Shown here: in pieces, positions 12,147 through 26,900 of the stretch
Layout: each line of letters opens with the position of its first letter
Position numbering within the stretch: position 1 is the stretch's first letter
Origin: Lepidodermella squamata
Lineage: Eukaryota; Animalia; Gastrotricha
Reading direction: 5' to 3'
Assembly (NCBI GenBank): GCA_047495785.1
Contig: JBLDXI010000002.1
Coordinates: 496,001-560,000, forward strand
Length of the DNA stretch: 64,000 nt
Made by a program: the position numbers and the translations under genes
The notes under the pieces: model-generated
The model's input: the letters and a program-made list of their open reading frames with translations, nothing else
Databases searched by the model: none
Told to the model about the DNA's origin: nothing

Positions 12147-12294
12147 CGGGAAGCCTCCTCATCTCACCATCATGATGATTTTATTGCTTATAAATTATTG
12201 AATTTGATTAGGATGAAATGAAAAGAAATTGCGTGAACCTCAAGCAGTAAAGTTTAAAATACTGGTGATGTCGTTGAGCCAAGTTTCGTTACCA

Positions 12295-15200
12295 TCAAAG
12301 CTCAACTGTAAAAGATTCGAACACTGCATGTCTTTGAATCAGGTCTTAAGACTTACTTGTATTTTCCAGCTCATCACTCGAGGATTTGCGAGGTTTCCCC
12401 GCCAAATTTGCTGGCTTAGGAGCTAGAGGCTGTGAAAACAAAACAAAATTAATCTTGAGTAAAAATTTAAACGATTCAAAACTTACTGGTGGTTGTTTGA
12501 CTGAAGAAGGTGGGGATATAGGTCTAACAGTACTTGAAGCATTCCGGTTTCTTGATGGCCGGGGGGAAGGGCGTCTCGAAGGCGGTTTCTCATTGTTCGG
12601 CGTATTCAAGGTGGCGTTAGCTTGCGTCTCAAGGCTCGTATCACTCGACGAAATAGCTAAAGACTGCGGGACTACAGACTGCCTCTGCTTGAGCGTCATA
12701 CGGCTTACACGCCTTTCGTCATCACTCGGCGTGCTTTCTCGAGCTCCTTGCAGCCTCGCCAATACTAAAGCAGTCGCGTCATGGATAAAGTAAAACTGCT
12801 CAACAGTTTGAACCATGCTAATCCTGGCCCGTCGCATATGAGCCACGATGTTAAACAAGCAAGGCGCGTGTCTCGGCAGGTCTGTCAGTCGTTGGTAGGG
12901 ATTCTGACGATGTTTCATGTCAGCAATCAGCCAGGGTCTTAGGGCGATGTCCAAAGCGATGAAAACCCCGGTTCGGCCAACGCCGGCCGAGCAGTGGACA
13001 ACCATGGGGCCTGGTATTTCTCGCCTAGATTTGTTTGGCTGCTCTTGGTTTGTTTGGGACTTCGCAATCAGTTTCAGCAAGCCAATCACGTGGGTGACCT
13101 GAGGGACACTTCGATCTTTCCACTCAAGAAACTGGAAATGCTTGACAATCCTGAAGTGGTTAGTCTTCAAATTTGTGACTCGGAGAAGTGTTTGCCGAAC
13201 TATTTCAGGGGAGCTAATAGATTCGCAATCTGGATCAGGCTCCAAATGTTCGTCTTCGTTATTCGTAATCGGTCCCAAATTCTCGACATCAAACTGCTGA
13301 TCTGACGATAGCTGCATGAAAGTTTGGTGCTGGCCTGGTATAGTAGGGTAATACTGGTCGCACTTAGTCCGCCCGCCCTCTACGAATGAGGTCAGCATGA
13401 TAATGACGTCGGTCTTTTGCTGCCAGATCATGAGCCAGAAGTCACCGGTTGTGTTAGGCTTTGGACCCTGACAGGCGATGTAAGATTGGGAGAGAACTTC
13501 GACGTCCTCTTCCTCAGTTCTGCCAGCTTCGTTAGATGGGGGTTTCGTCCTTATTCCCTTAATATAGGAGGCATTTATGTAGTCAGCAGATGGGTCGGAT
13601 CCAGCAGAGTCCACAACGAGTCTAACTCTGGAGTGGTTGTAAGGTATGATGTCGTTGTAGCGATTTTTAGGTCGAGCCTCGCGAGTCGTTCCATCGGAAT
13701 TCGGCTGGTCCCTCCCGATAGGTGTAAGACCGTGGTATGTATCATGAAGCTCAGCGTACCCGCTTTCTTGAGCTTGCCGCACGTATTCAACAAACTCTTC
13801 CACCGTCATTTCGCTGTTGGAAATAACAGAAATCGACGAGCTGTGGAAATAGAATTAAATTGGAATGTTTAGGGGAATTTCGAAATAATACCTGCGGCGT
13901 TTAGGCTGGGGCTTCAACTCAATCTGCGTTGGTGGAATTTGGGCAGTCGGTTTTGGAACTTCCTCCGTGGCAATTTTGGCCTCCGGTCGTCTTCTCCGTC
14001 TGTAAAAGACGAACCCACCAGCTGCTATTACGAGAAGTAGTAGTACACCGCCAATGGATGCGCACAGTACGATAACCAGGAATAAATCCTCAACTGGCTT
14101 GTAAGAAATCAAAGTTTCAGTCACTGCAGCCGGTTCGTTCCAGAGACCGGATGTAGCGAGAATCTGGTCTGACGATCCCCCGCTCTCAGGCGATGAGGCA
14201 AGGCCAACTCCTACGCTTCCACTCAAAAAAGTTGCCTCATCTAGAACTTCGTTTGAAACCGACATAGGGATCGAATATTGCCCATCTGCCACGGCATGGT
14301 AGAAAGAAGTCAGTTCGGTCCTCTTGAACATTTTTTCCTCCACCACTTTACACGAGTCCATTTCTTTCGACTTGCATGCAAATACTGAGCATTTGTAGCT
14401 GATTCGCTGGCTTTCCGGACAGTTGGTCGTGTCCACGAAGGAGAACAGGACCTCTGTCGTATCGTCATCCAAATTTCTGAACGAAATCGTCACATTTATC
14501 ACATCCTCCGGAGCTGTAAAGTTTTTGGGGACGACTTTAGTCAAATATTTCAAAAAATAAAAACGTACCGATAACAAATTCATTTGAACTGAGGGTTGGT
14601 TCTGATCTCTCGTAAACGTTCTGTGATATCTGCCTGTGTCTCGTAGCAACTTGAGCTCGATAGGAGCAGCCCGGTTTAAGAAGCGACCTCGAAACTATAG
14701 CTGTTAATCGCTGGTCCTTGGTACTCGATATTGAATCCTTCGAATTTATAACGGCATTCGAGCTGTAGCAAGATACATCCTTGAAACTATTCGTTAGAAC
14801 AGATGTGTTACTCTCCCGCTCCAAAATATCGATACAGTGACTCAGATGGTCTCCGCTATCTATACAATTTTTCCGATCCTGCCATGATACGGCTATTTGT
14901 GTATTCGATAGGTTAGCAAAAAGAATGGCCTTGTTCTCCTCTGATTTATCGATCCGAGTCTTGACGCCTTCGACGGGTTCGAAATCAGTTTCATACCGAC
15001 GTTTCAGAGCTTTCGAAGTTTTGCCCTTGCTTGTTTTAGTCGTTGCTTCGACGTTGTAGATGCAGCCACCCATTTTGTACTTGTCGAACGTGACGAGACC
15101 AACTAAGTTATACAGCCTCGTTTCGGGATCTTGCTCCAGCTGGTATCTTACAGATTCACGTTCCTGAATCAGGGATGAAGTCTCACTGCTACGGCCCTCA

Positions 15201-18200
15201 TCGTTTGCTTTATTCCTCTCAGGCGAAAGCTCTGGAGATATCGAAATTGAAAATGTCGGAACAGCTGTTGAGGCGTAGCATGTTGCTGCTGTATTAGCTG
15301 AAACTTTCAGGAAAATATGAGTCTCGTTATCGTCTAGCCACGCAATATCCGGTGGTAGTGGCTGGGTTGAAAAGGCTTGGCGCGACGATACTCTGCTCTC
15401 CCTATATTCACTTTCGCAGTCATTTCCAATTCCAGGTTCATTAGGGTAGGCTTTCAATAAGGTTCGAATGGCGACATTGAAGGTGCAACCAGGGGCAGCG
15501 TTGTCGATATTCATTATCATGGAACCATTTCCCCTGTCAAGGTCGACACTCTGCTGAGCGGATGTTCTGATACTCTTCTGGTTGATCGCGAGCCTATTCT
15601 GATTAGCCAAGTTCTCTGTAGGTTTTGACCAGTCGACGTAATCGACTTGGAAAATAGATACGTCGTACAGCAATGATTCTGATGTTACTTTGAGACAGTT
15701 GCCTCCGTCTTTCCATACCACTTCTACGGTAACATTCACCACCCTATTCTTCTCGAGTATGATTTCTTCAAGCAAGGTAAAATCATCGACTGAAAACGAA
15801 GCAGGGACCGGGTCTGAAATGAAAAGGATTGAAGAGGACATTCAAAAAATTCCATTGTGCTTACCTGTAACTAGAACTAAGGCTTGATCGGTGAAAGAGG
15901 ACGTTGGAACGGTTGATATATCCACGATTGGCCTTGCTTGGACTTTGAAGTAGCAACCAGGTTGTTTGGGTGGTATGTCTAGCTTCGCAATTGGAAAATC
16001 GGTTGAAACCTCAGTCCTGGCAATGACGTCCCCAGTTAGATAACCAACTGCTCTCACTTCATACTTCAAGGGGGAAAACGACCAACTTTCACCATCATTA
16101 AGGTTGGATGAGAAATACTTGTAATGAAACTTCGTATTGATGGCATCGTTAAATCCGATTTGGTACTGCGTTTCGCTTTCTCCCAGAAGCAACGTGACTG
16201 ATCTGTCGAATTTGGGCGCGACTGTGAATGTTTTCACTGTTGAGACGGTTTGTTCATCCGGGCCGAATTTAGCTTTGACATCCAATATTAATCTGTACGA
16301 TAAGCCGGGCGTATCTTTAGGCAGCTGATACTCGGCAAAAGTGATCGTGGTATCAGTTACAACTGGCGTATTGACGGTAGAATCCGACGAGCGTATATAA
16401 ACACTGTAAACTAGTTTGTAATCGAGACCGTCGACAGTCAGGCAATTATAAGGGTCATTCCAAGATACTTGAATAGAACTTGGACCTGATGAACTGTCAA
16501 TAACTTTGATTCTGATTTCATTAATGTTGATTGGAAGGGGAGGAGTCATAACGTTATCGGATCTCACTGCTGTTGCAGATTTCGTGCCACGATAAGATGA
16601 CTCGACTTCGGCGTGATAAATGCATGCTCCCTTCTTGTTGACTGTGGCGACGTAGTCGAAAATGTTCACCTGGCTAGGGGCGAGATGGCCTACGTTCACT
16701 ATATTATCAATCAGAGAAGTCATTTGTCGGTATTTGAAGTCGTAAATCAGGTCTTCCGAGATACGGTTAGCTGTGCTTGAATCCTCGACCGACAGCAAAA
16801 GTTGGCCAGAGTCTTTCCCAGCTGTCGTTAGTAGGACTTTTTGAACTTTAACCGGTCGAACGGGATATTCCTTGCTCACAGCCATAGCACTTGTATATGG
16901 CTGACTTCTGAAAATAGGTTCGACTTTGGCCATGTAAGAAGTCGCTCCGGCAAGGCTCGGCTTCGAGAACTCAACTCTCTTCGCTTCATCGATCCGCCTT
17001 ATCTCCTTGACAAGCGAAGGAACTTCAACACCCGCTGCGTCTGTTATCGAAACTCGATAGCCATCAAGAGCGGCATTTAGCAAATCTTGGCAATTAAGCG
17101 TGTCCTCAAATGTTACTGTTATCTTCGTAGGCGGATTATCTTGCACTGCCATGAGAACATTTGTGACTGGAACTGGCCTCGTGAAGTAGACGTAGTCGTC
17201 GGGAGACAGCCCTTCCTCACCGTCGTAGGTAACCGAAGACTTCATGCGGTATCTACAGGCACCGGGATACGCTGTTGATTTTTCAATCTTAAAAGCTGTG
17301 TAGACGTAACCAGAGAAAATGAATGGCTTGATATCGATTTCCCTCTTTTCCGGCTCTGTTAGTTTGATTTGGTATTTGAACGACTTAAGCGCATTAACAG
17401 GATCTTTCCTGTTGCTCAAATTGATGTCGTCGATAATGGAGAGGGTGAAGTTAGAGTCACTTTCTTCAGCAGTTTCATCAGGGTAGAATAGGGCACTAAC
17501 CGGTTTGGTGGTCAGGAATTTCGAGGCCGCTATAGCCAAAGACCGTTCCTTGCTGGTAATTACTTGGACATGTATTGCATACTGAGTAGCCGGTGCCAAG
17601 TCTAACGGCAAATTCGCCTCTAGGCTTCCGCCGTTGATGATCAAATTTGAGAACGAACGAGGAACTTCGATAGCATTACCCTCCCCAATGACATTGATGA
17701 GGTAACTCATCTCAGCTCGGTTCGATTCGAGGCAATTATTCGAGTCGATCCATTTCACTTTGATGTTATGTGGATTTTTCAAATTGTTGACAGCAACTAA
17801 TTCCGCTGAAACTTCGGAAACAGCCTTTGGGTTTGTTGCAAATGCCTGCCTTTCTGATTCCGCCGGTTTTGCTGAAGTACCTTGATACATTACTGTCGCG
17901 CTGACGTAGTACTGGCAAGCTCCTGCCTTCGGAAAGTTCTTAACTCTATCCACATCGAGTTCGAAGGTAATTTTTCTCGTTGGTAGACCGTTAATAGGAT
18001 CTGTCGTGTAGAACGGAATAACTGCCGCCTGATTCTCGAAAAAATTCAGCTGATAAGTTAGGCCAGTGATATCGCCATTGACTTTGTCTTCAACAACGAA
18101 AGTTAACATGGCACCAATGCTTGAGTGGGCTATGCTTTGAGGAGCAACAGGATTAGTGGTTATCACTGCTTTCTCAGATACCGCACTGTCAGATTCCGAA

Positions 18201-20220
18201 ATTACTTTAACAGCAACTGAGTACCTTGCAGCAGGCAACAACTCGACAAACGCATCGGCGGTGAATGGATCGGCATCCAACATTGGATGGATTTGACTCT
18301 CGATAGAATAATCCCCTTGCCCTTCGCGAGAAATTACGGCAAAGAACTTCAAAAGTTGAGCGCAATTATTCGGGTCCATCCATTTCACTTTGATGTTGTG
18401 TGGATTGTTGAATCCTTCAAAAGGAACAAATTCCGCGGAAACTTCGGATACAGCCTTCGGGTTCGTTGCAAATACCTGCCGGTCTGATTCCACAGGTTTA
18501 GTTGAAGCATCTTGATACAGCACAGTCGCGCTGACGTAATATTGACAAGCTCCAGTCTTCGTAAAGTTACCAATTTCATCCACATCGAGTTCGAAGGTCA
18601 TTTTTCTTGTTGGTAGACCGTTGATAGGGTCTGTTGTGTAGAATGGAACTTCGGTAGTCTGATTCTCGAAGAATTTCAGCTGATAAATAAGGCCGGTGAT
18701 ATCGATATTAATCTCGTCCTCAACGACAAACGTTAACACGGGACCATTGGCTGAGAAGGTGATTCTTTGCGGAGCAACGGGATTTGTGATCAACTCAGCT
18801 CGCACTGCAGAAACCGCATCATCAGATTCCGAAGTTACTCTTACAGCAACTGAGTACCTTGCAGCAGGTAACAAATCGACGAATGCCTCGGCAGTGAACG
18901 GATAAACGCCTAGAATTGGGAAAAGTTGAATCACAACAGGATCACCATCTTGCACTTCTCGTGATAAAATGGCAAAGAAGTTGAGAAGTGGAGCGCAGTT
19001 CGCTGCGTCAGTCCAGCCGATGGATAAGGTATGTTTGCTCCCAACAGCCTTATCGATAGCCACGGAAACGTTTTCAACCGGGTTCGGACGAGTGAGGAAC
19101 CTAACACTTGGGTGCGGCTTAGAAATTAGAGTTGTCGGCCCATCTAACGTTGATCTCCGATAGCGGCGGAATGACTCGGGCTCAGGTTCAACAGGCGGTT
19201 CAGAAGTTGCTGCTTCAGTTGCAGTTGTTTCGGCCTCAGTTGTCGCTTCAGTAGTAGTAGTTTCATCGTTTCCTTCAGTAATATGCTCGGTCACAATCCC
19301 ATCAGTCTCAAGTTCAGTCGTTGTTTCCACGTAGATTGTGGTCGCCTGTGTTGTTGTTGTCGTGAAGGGCTCAATAGTCTTGGTGTATACCGTTGTAACA
19401 TCCAGGTAGAAAGTGCACGCTCCGCTCTCTATGGCGACTTTCTCACTAATTGGTTGTCCATCAGTTGAAGCGGCGACGTACGTTTCCTTGAAAACCGATA
19501 GACCAGTGGTTGTGACTGTTGAAAAGACTAGATGGTAAGTCAGATGAGCTCGATCAAAGTTGAACGGGTCTTCGATGTTGATTTTCGCGATGGATGTACC
19601 TTCGACTTGAACTTCGACTTTTTTCGGTGGAACAGGGGCTAAGAAACAGTTGATGAAAGAACATTTCTATTGAAATCGCAATTGAAGTTTACCTGTCATG
19701 AAGGTGTTGCTTTCGAGTGAAAGATCAACATCGCGACTCGTTTTAGGGATTTCGATCGGCGAAATTTTCAGGCGATGGCTGGAAGACGGTTTCAAACTAA
19801 TGACAAGACTAGCAGTGAATTTCGAGTCTGATTCATTAGATTCCAGCAGCGTCGTGTTCAGTATATATGATGGCGAGTCTTTGTTGTACATTTCCCATTC
19901 TCCATTATTCTCTTGGTATATTTCGGCCTTCACCAATTCATTAAGGCACTTGGACGTATCGTCGCCTCTCGCTCTCTGCCACCATTTTAAATCTATGTGC
20001 TGGAGTTCAGTGAATTCCTGATCGCTTGAAGATGCGTTGACATTCAAGTTTGTTGCCTCAAGGTACCAAGTTTCTAAATTGATGGGAGAATATTAATAGC
20101 AACTCGTAATTTACATGAGCCAAGTGTACCTTTTGGGCAATTTGACAATTCCAGCTCAGCCGTGACATCTTTTGCAACGAACAGTAGTAAAATCGTTGCG
20201 AATCGAAAGGCTAATTTCAT
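12295..20220 (-). CDS. Receptor protein tyrosine phosphatase A (~2516 aa; signal peptide, FN3-like repeats, TM, single PTP domain, R3-like architecture); exons 20220-20130, 20073-19693, 19638-15865, 15813-14569, 14513-13892, 13840-12487, 12429-12357, 12305-12295
   Basis: Signal MKLAFRFATILLLFVAKDVTA; FN3-type LLPAARYSVAVRV and LAPATQYAIHVQV; TM LFLVIVLCASIGGVLLLLVIAAGGFVFY followed by RRRRR; KNRY, DYINAS, YIACQGP, WKD, VHCSAGVGRTG, MVQTVEQF. The last small exon is less certain. Confidence 0.92.
15841..17380. repeat. Near-identical duplicated block shared by PTP-A and PTP-B (copy at about 24226-25765, offset 8385)
   Basis: Identical translation and identical antisense ORFs (16137/24522, 16841/25226, 17087/25472); the adjoining intron is also identical. 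Confidence 0.9.
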
Positions 20221-20961
20221 ATCCCGATAATTTCCAATGAGCGATTCACACACGAAGCTGCCTTTGGCAATATTTGATTACAATTAAGGTGTCGTAGTTG
20301 CTTTACTGCAACGCGGAGAAAAAACAAACAGATAGGAATTTCCAAGAGCTAAGATAAAGTCATTCCCTGAACTGTTTGTCGTAAAACAGGCGTGCCGTTT
20401 GTTATGGGCATGGTCTCACTTCTTTGCAAGTTATCATTACGCCAGTTTATTTTCGTCGTTACACCCTTTTTGTCGCTTTGCTGATTACACTACTTGTAGT
20501 ACAAGAATGTTATATATCTTATCGCATGTTATTTCGACTTTTATGGGGGAACCTAGTCACGGTATCGTTATCACTGCCATGAATCACTCATTCGGCCAGC
20601 CTTAGTTTAAATTACTACTCAGCTAGGCCAGAGGCCAGCGAATACTCCGACTTCTCATATAGGTCCAGTTCAAAAATTCTAAATAGGTACACTGAATGGA
20701 TTTGGCAGCTCCAACCAGTAATAACATGAAAAATCACTGAAAGATTAAAAATCGCGACAAAGTAAGACATTTATTAACAAGAAAAAGAATGACAAAGCAA
20801 GGACAATGCAAATGCATGTATCAAGCCGAATATCTCGATTTTTCACAACACATGGTTTACAATAATTAGCTTTACATTTTGCATAGAAAGACAGAGTGAC
20901 GAAAATATCAACCATTCAACAGTTCAACAGGGTTAATCATTTTGAATCTCGGAGCATTATT

Positions 20962-23900
20962 CTATTCTTCATCCCATTCGGAGTCGCTGTTCTGCAGGGT
21001 GTTATCACACGACGAAGCGGGTAAAGATTGCGCATCGACAGGCGGTGCATTTGCATAAATCGTCCGACTCGCCCGTTCAGCCTCACTTGGGGCGCTTTCG
21101 CGGAACCCTTGAAGCCCTGATAACACAAAGGCTGTCGCTCCGTGGAGGAAGCAGAACTGTTCAACCGTCGGAACCATGCACATCCTAGCCCGTCGCATAT
21201 GCGCGATAATGTTGGACAAAGACGGTGCAAATTTCGGCAGAATAGGCAATGGTTGATGAGGATTTTCACGCCATTTCAAGTCAGCTATCAGCCAATGTCT
21301 GACGGCAATGTCCAAGGCAATGAAAACGCCGGTTCGACCAACGCCAGCTGAGCAGTGCACAACCATGGGGCTTTCGCGGCTTATTTCTTGGTTGATTTGG
21401 CACCTAGCAACCATTTCCAGCAAGTCAATCAGTTGGGTGATTTGAGGGACACTGCGGTATTTCCACTCCAGGAATTGGAAATGTTTCACGATTCTGGACT
21501 GGCCAGTGCTCACGTTAGTGACGCGTAGAAGTGTTTGCCGAATAGTATCCGTTGGACTGGGCCCGATCAAATCAGAACCTGAGGCAGATTCAACATGTTG
21601 ACCCTCGCTCTTCGTAATCGGACCTAAGTTCTCGACATCGAACTGCTGGCCTGATGAAATCTGCACGCAAGTTTGGTGCTGGCCTGTTACAGTTGGGTAA
21701 TATTGGTCGCATTTAATCCGGCCGTTTTCGATGAAAGAGGTTAGCATGACGATTATATCAGCCTTCTGCTGCCAGATCATAAGCCAGAAATCTCCGGTTG
21801 TGTTCGGCTTTGGACCCTGACAGGCGATGTAAGATTGAGATATAATCTCAACATCCTCGGCTCCACCAGCTTTGCTTCCAGCTGGCTTCATTCTTATACC
21901 CTATTGCATGATGTTGAGAAGAGGATAGCCAAGTAGCGTACTATTTACTTACTTTGATATAGGAGGCATTTATGTAGTCATCAGACGGGTTGCTTCCAGC
22001 TGAGTTCACGAAAAGTCTCACCCTCGAATGATTGTAAGGTATGATGTCTTTGTAGCGATTTTTCGGCCTAGCCTCGCGAGTAGTTCCATCGGAATTCGGC
22101 TGGTCTCTCCCGATTGGAGTGAGGGCGTGGTATGTGTCATGAAGCTCAGCGTACCCGCTTTCTTGAGCTTGCCGCACGTATTCAACAAACTCTTCCACCG
22201 TCATTTCGCTGTTGGAAATAACAGAAATCGACGAGCTGTTGAAATAGCATTGAGGATTGTTTAGAGAAATTTCGAAAAAATACCTGCGGCGTTTTGGCTG
22301 GGGCTTCAGCTCAATCTGCGTCGGTTGAATTTGAGCAGTCGGTTTTGGAACTTCCTCCGTGGCAATTTTGGCCTCCGGTCGTCTTCGCCGGCGGTAGATG
22401 ACGAACCCCCCTGCTGCAATTACGAGAAGTAGTAGTACACCGCCAATGGATGCGCACAGTACAATAACCAGAAATAAATCATCTACTGGTTTGTAAGACA
22501 CCAAAGTTTCAGTCACTACAGCCGGTTCGTTCCAGGTACCGGATCCAGCGAGAATATCGTCTGATGTTCCATTACTCTCAGGGGATGAGGCAAGGCCAAC
22601 GCCTACACTTCCACTCAAAAAGGTTGCTTCACCCAGGACTTCGTTTGAGACCAATATAGGGATCGAATATTGCCCATCTGCCACGGCATGGTAGAAAGAA
22701 GTCAGTTCGGTCCTCTTGAACATTTTTTCCTCCACCACTTTACACGAGTCCATTTCTTTGGACTTGCATGCAAATACAGAGCATTTGTAGCTGATTCGCT
22801 CGCTCCCCGGACAGTTGGTAGTGTCCACGAAGGAGAACAGAACCTCTGTCGTATCTTCATCTGAATTTCTGAATGAAATCGTCACATTTGTCACGTCCTC
22901 CGGAGCTGTGAAAAGAAAAAAGTGAATTGTGAAGTCAAACAACAAAAACTTACCTATGACAAATTCGTTAGAACTGAGGGTTGGATCTGACCGCTCGTAG
23001 ACGTTTTGTGATATCTGCCTGTGTCTCGTAGCAACTTGAGCTCGATAGGAGCAACCCGGTTTGAGAAGCGACCGTGAAACAACCAACGTTAACTTCTGAT
23101 CCTTGGTACTCGATATCGAATCCTTCGCATTGATAATGGCATCCGAGCTGTAGCAAGATACATCCTTGAAACTATTCGTTAGAACAGATGTGTTACTCTC
23201 TCGCTCCAAAATATCGACACAATGACTGAGATGGTCTCCGCTATCTATACAATTTTTCCGGTCCTGCCATGATACAGCTATGTATGTATTCGATAAGTTA
23301 GGAAAAAGAATGGCCTTGTTTTCGTCTGATCTATCGATCCGAGTCTTAACGCCTTCGACGGGTTCGAATTCAGTTTCATACCGGCGCTTCATAGCTTTCG
23401 AAGTTTTGCCCTTGTTGGTTTTAGTCGTCGCTTCGACGTTGTAGATGCAGCCACCCATTTTGTATTTATCGAACGTGACGAGGCCAACTAAGCTATACAA
23501 CCTCGTTTCGGGATCTTGCTCCAGCTGGTATTTTACAGAGTCACGTTCCTGAGTCTTGGATGAAGTTTCGCTGCTACGGCCCTCATCATTTGCTTTATTC
23601 GTATCAGGCGAAAGGTCGGGAGCTAGAGAAATTGAAAATGTCGGAACAGCTGTTAAGGCGTAGCAAGTGGCTGCTGTATTGGCCGAAACTTTCAGGAAAA
23701 TATGAGTCTCGTTATCGTCTAGCCACGCAATATCTGGTGGTAGTGGCTGGGTTGAAAAGGCTTGCCGTGACGATACTGTGCTCTCCCTATATTCACTTTC
23801 GCAGTCATTGCCAATCCCTGGTTCGTTGGGGTAGGCTTTCAGTAGAGTTCGAATGGCGACATTGAAAGTGCAACCAGGGGCAGCGTTGTCGATATTCATT

Positions 23901-26900
23901 ATCGTGGAACCATTTCCCCGAACAAGGTCAACACTCTGCTGAGCGGATGTTCTGATACTCTTCTGGTTGATCGCGAGCCTATTCTGATTAGCCAAGTTCT
24001 CTGTAGGTTTTGACCAGTCGACGTAATCGACTTGGAAAATAGATACGTCGTACAGCAAGGATTCGGATGTAACATTGAGACAGTTGCCTCCATCTTTCCA
24101 CACCACTTCTACGGTAACATTCACCACCCTATTCTTCTCGAGTATGATTTCTTCAAGCAAGGTAAAATCATCGACTGAAAACGAAGCAGGGACCGGGTCT
24201 GAAATGAAAAGGATTGAAGAGGACATTCAAAAAATTCCATTGTGCTTACCTGTAACTAGAACTAAGGCTTGATCGGTGAAAGAGGACGTTGGAACGGTTG
24301 ATATATCCACGATTGGCCTTGCTTGGACTTTGAAGTAGCAACCAGGTTGTTTGGGTGGTATGTCTAGCTTCGCAATTGGAAAATCGGTTGAAACCTCAGT
24401 CCTGGCAATGACGTCCCCAGTTAGATAACCAACTGCTCTCACTTCATACTTCAAGGGGGAAAACGACCAACTTTCACCATCATTAAGGTTGGATGAGAAA
24501 TACTTGTAATGAAACTTCGTATTGATGGCATCGTTAAATCCGATTTGGTACTGCGTTTCGCTTTCTCCCAGAAGCAACGTGACTGATCTGTCGAATTTGG
24601 GCGCGACTGTGAATGTTTTCACTGTTGAGACGGTTTGTTCATCCGGGCCGAATTTAGCTTTGACATCCAATATTAATCTGTACGATAAGCCGGGCGTATC
24701 TTTAGGCAGCTGATACTCGGCAAAAGTGATCGTGGTATCAGTTACAACTGGCGTATTGACGGTAGAATCCGACGAGCGTATATAAACACTGTAAACTAGT
24801 TTGTAATCGAGACCGTCGACAGTCAGGCAATTATAAGGGTCATTCCAAGATACTTGAATAGAACTTGGACCTGATGAACTGTCAATAACTTTGATTCTGA
24901 TTTCATTAATGTTGATTGGAAGGGGAGGAGTCATAACGTTATCGGATCTCACTGCTGTTGCAGATTTCGTGCCACGATAAGATGACTCGACTTCGGCGTG
25001 ATAAATGCATGCTCCCTTCTTGTTGACTGTGGCGACGTAGTCGAAAATGTTCACCTGGCTAGGGGCGAGATGGCCTACGTTCACTATATTATCAATCAGA
25101 GAAGTCATTTGTCGGTATTTGAAGTCGTAAATCAGGTCTTCCGAGATACGGTTAGCTGTGCTTGAATCCTCGACCGACAGCAAAAGTTGGCCAGAGTCTT
25201 TCCCAGCTGTCGTTAGTAGGACTTTTTGAACTTTAACCGGTCGAACGGGATATTCCTTGCTCACAGCCATAGCACTTGTATATGGCTGACTTCTGAAAAT
25301 AGGTTCGACTTTGGCCATGTAAGAAGTCGCTCCGGCAAGGCTCGGCTTCGAGAACTCAACTCTCTTCGCTTCATCGATCCGCCTTATCTCCTTGACAAGC
25401 GAAGGAACTTCAACACCCGCTGCGTCTGTTATCGAAACTCGATAGCCATCAAGAGCGGCATTTAGCAAATCTTGGCAATTAAGCGTGTCCTCAAATGTTA
25501 CTGTTATCTTCGTAGGCGGATTATCTTGCACTGCCATGAGAACATTTGTGACTGGAACTGGCCTCGTGAAGTAGACGTAGTCGTCGGGAGACAGCCCTTC
25601 CTCACCGTCGTAGGTAACCGAAGACTTCATGCGGTATCTACAGGCACCGGGATACGCTGTTGATTTTTCAATCTTAAAAGCTGTGTAGACGTAACCAGAG
25701 AAAATGAATGGCTTGATATCGATTTCCCTCTTTTCCGGCTCTGTTAGTTTGATTTGGTATTTGAACGACTTCAAAGCATTATCAAGCTCTTTTCTGTTGC
25801 TCAGATTAATGTCGTCGATAACGGAGAGAGGGAAGTCGATGTCAGTCTCTTCAGCAGTTTCATCAGGGTGGAATAGGGCACCAACCGGTTTGGTTGTCAG
25901 GAATTTCGAGGCCGCTATAGCCAAAGACTGTTCCTTGCTTGAGACAGCTTGAACATGTATTGCATACTGAGTAGCCGGTGCCAAGTCTAACAGCAAATTT
26001 GCCTCCAGGGTTTCGCCGGTGATGATCAAATTTGAGAACGAACGAGGAACGTCGATAGCATTACCCTCCCCAATGACATTGATGAGGTAACTCATCTCAG
26101 CTCGGTTCGATTCGAGGCAATTATTCGAGTCGATCCATTTCACTTTGATGTTATGTGGATTTTTGAACTTGTTGACAGCAACTAATTCCGCCGAAACTTC
26201 GGATACAGCCTTTGGGTTTGTTGAAAATGCTTGCCGTTCTGATTCTGCCGGTTTTGTTGAAGTACCTTGAGTAGCTAAAGTCACCGTAGCGCTGACGTAG
26301 TACTGGCAAGCTCCAGTCTTCGTAAAGTTCTTAATTTGATCCACATCGAATTCGAAGGTAATATTTCTTGATGATTTGCCGATAATAGGATCTGTCGAGT
26401 AGAACGGATCAACTGCCGCGGGATCCTCGAAAAACTTTAGCTTATAGGTTAGACCGGTGACGTCGCCATTGACTTTGTCCTCAACAACGAAGTTCAACAC
26501 CGAACTAATGCTTGAGTATTCGATTCTCTGCGGAGCAACGGGTACAGTCAGCAATTCATTCTTTGCTTTGGAAGTCGCATTTTCGCCAGATTCCAAGGTT
26601 ACTTTTAAAGTAACTGAATACCTTGCAGCAGGTAACAAATCAAGAGAAGTTTCAGCTACAAACGAATTCACATCTTGGCTTGGATGAATTTGCAATTCAA
26701 CAGATTCCCCTTGCCCTTCTCGCGAAAGGATAACAAATGACTTGAGAAGCGGAGCGCAATTATTTGTGTCCATCCATTTCACTTTGATGCTGTGTGGATT
26801 CTTGAAATTTTCAAAACTGATCAATTCCGCTGAAACGTCAGACACAGCCTTCGGGTTTGTTGAAAATGCCTGCCGTTCTGATTCTGCCGGTTTAGTTGAA

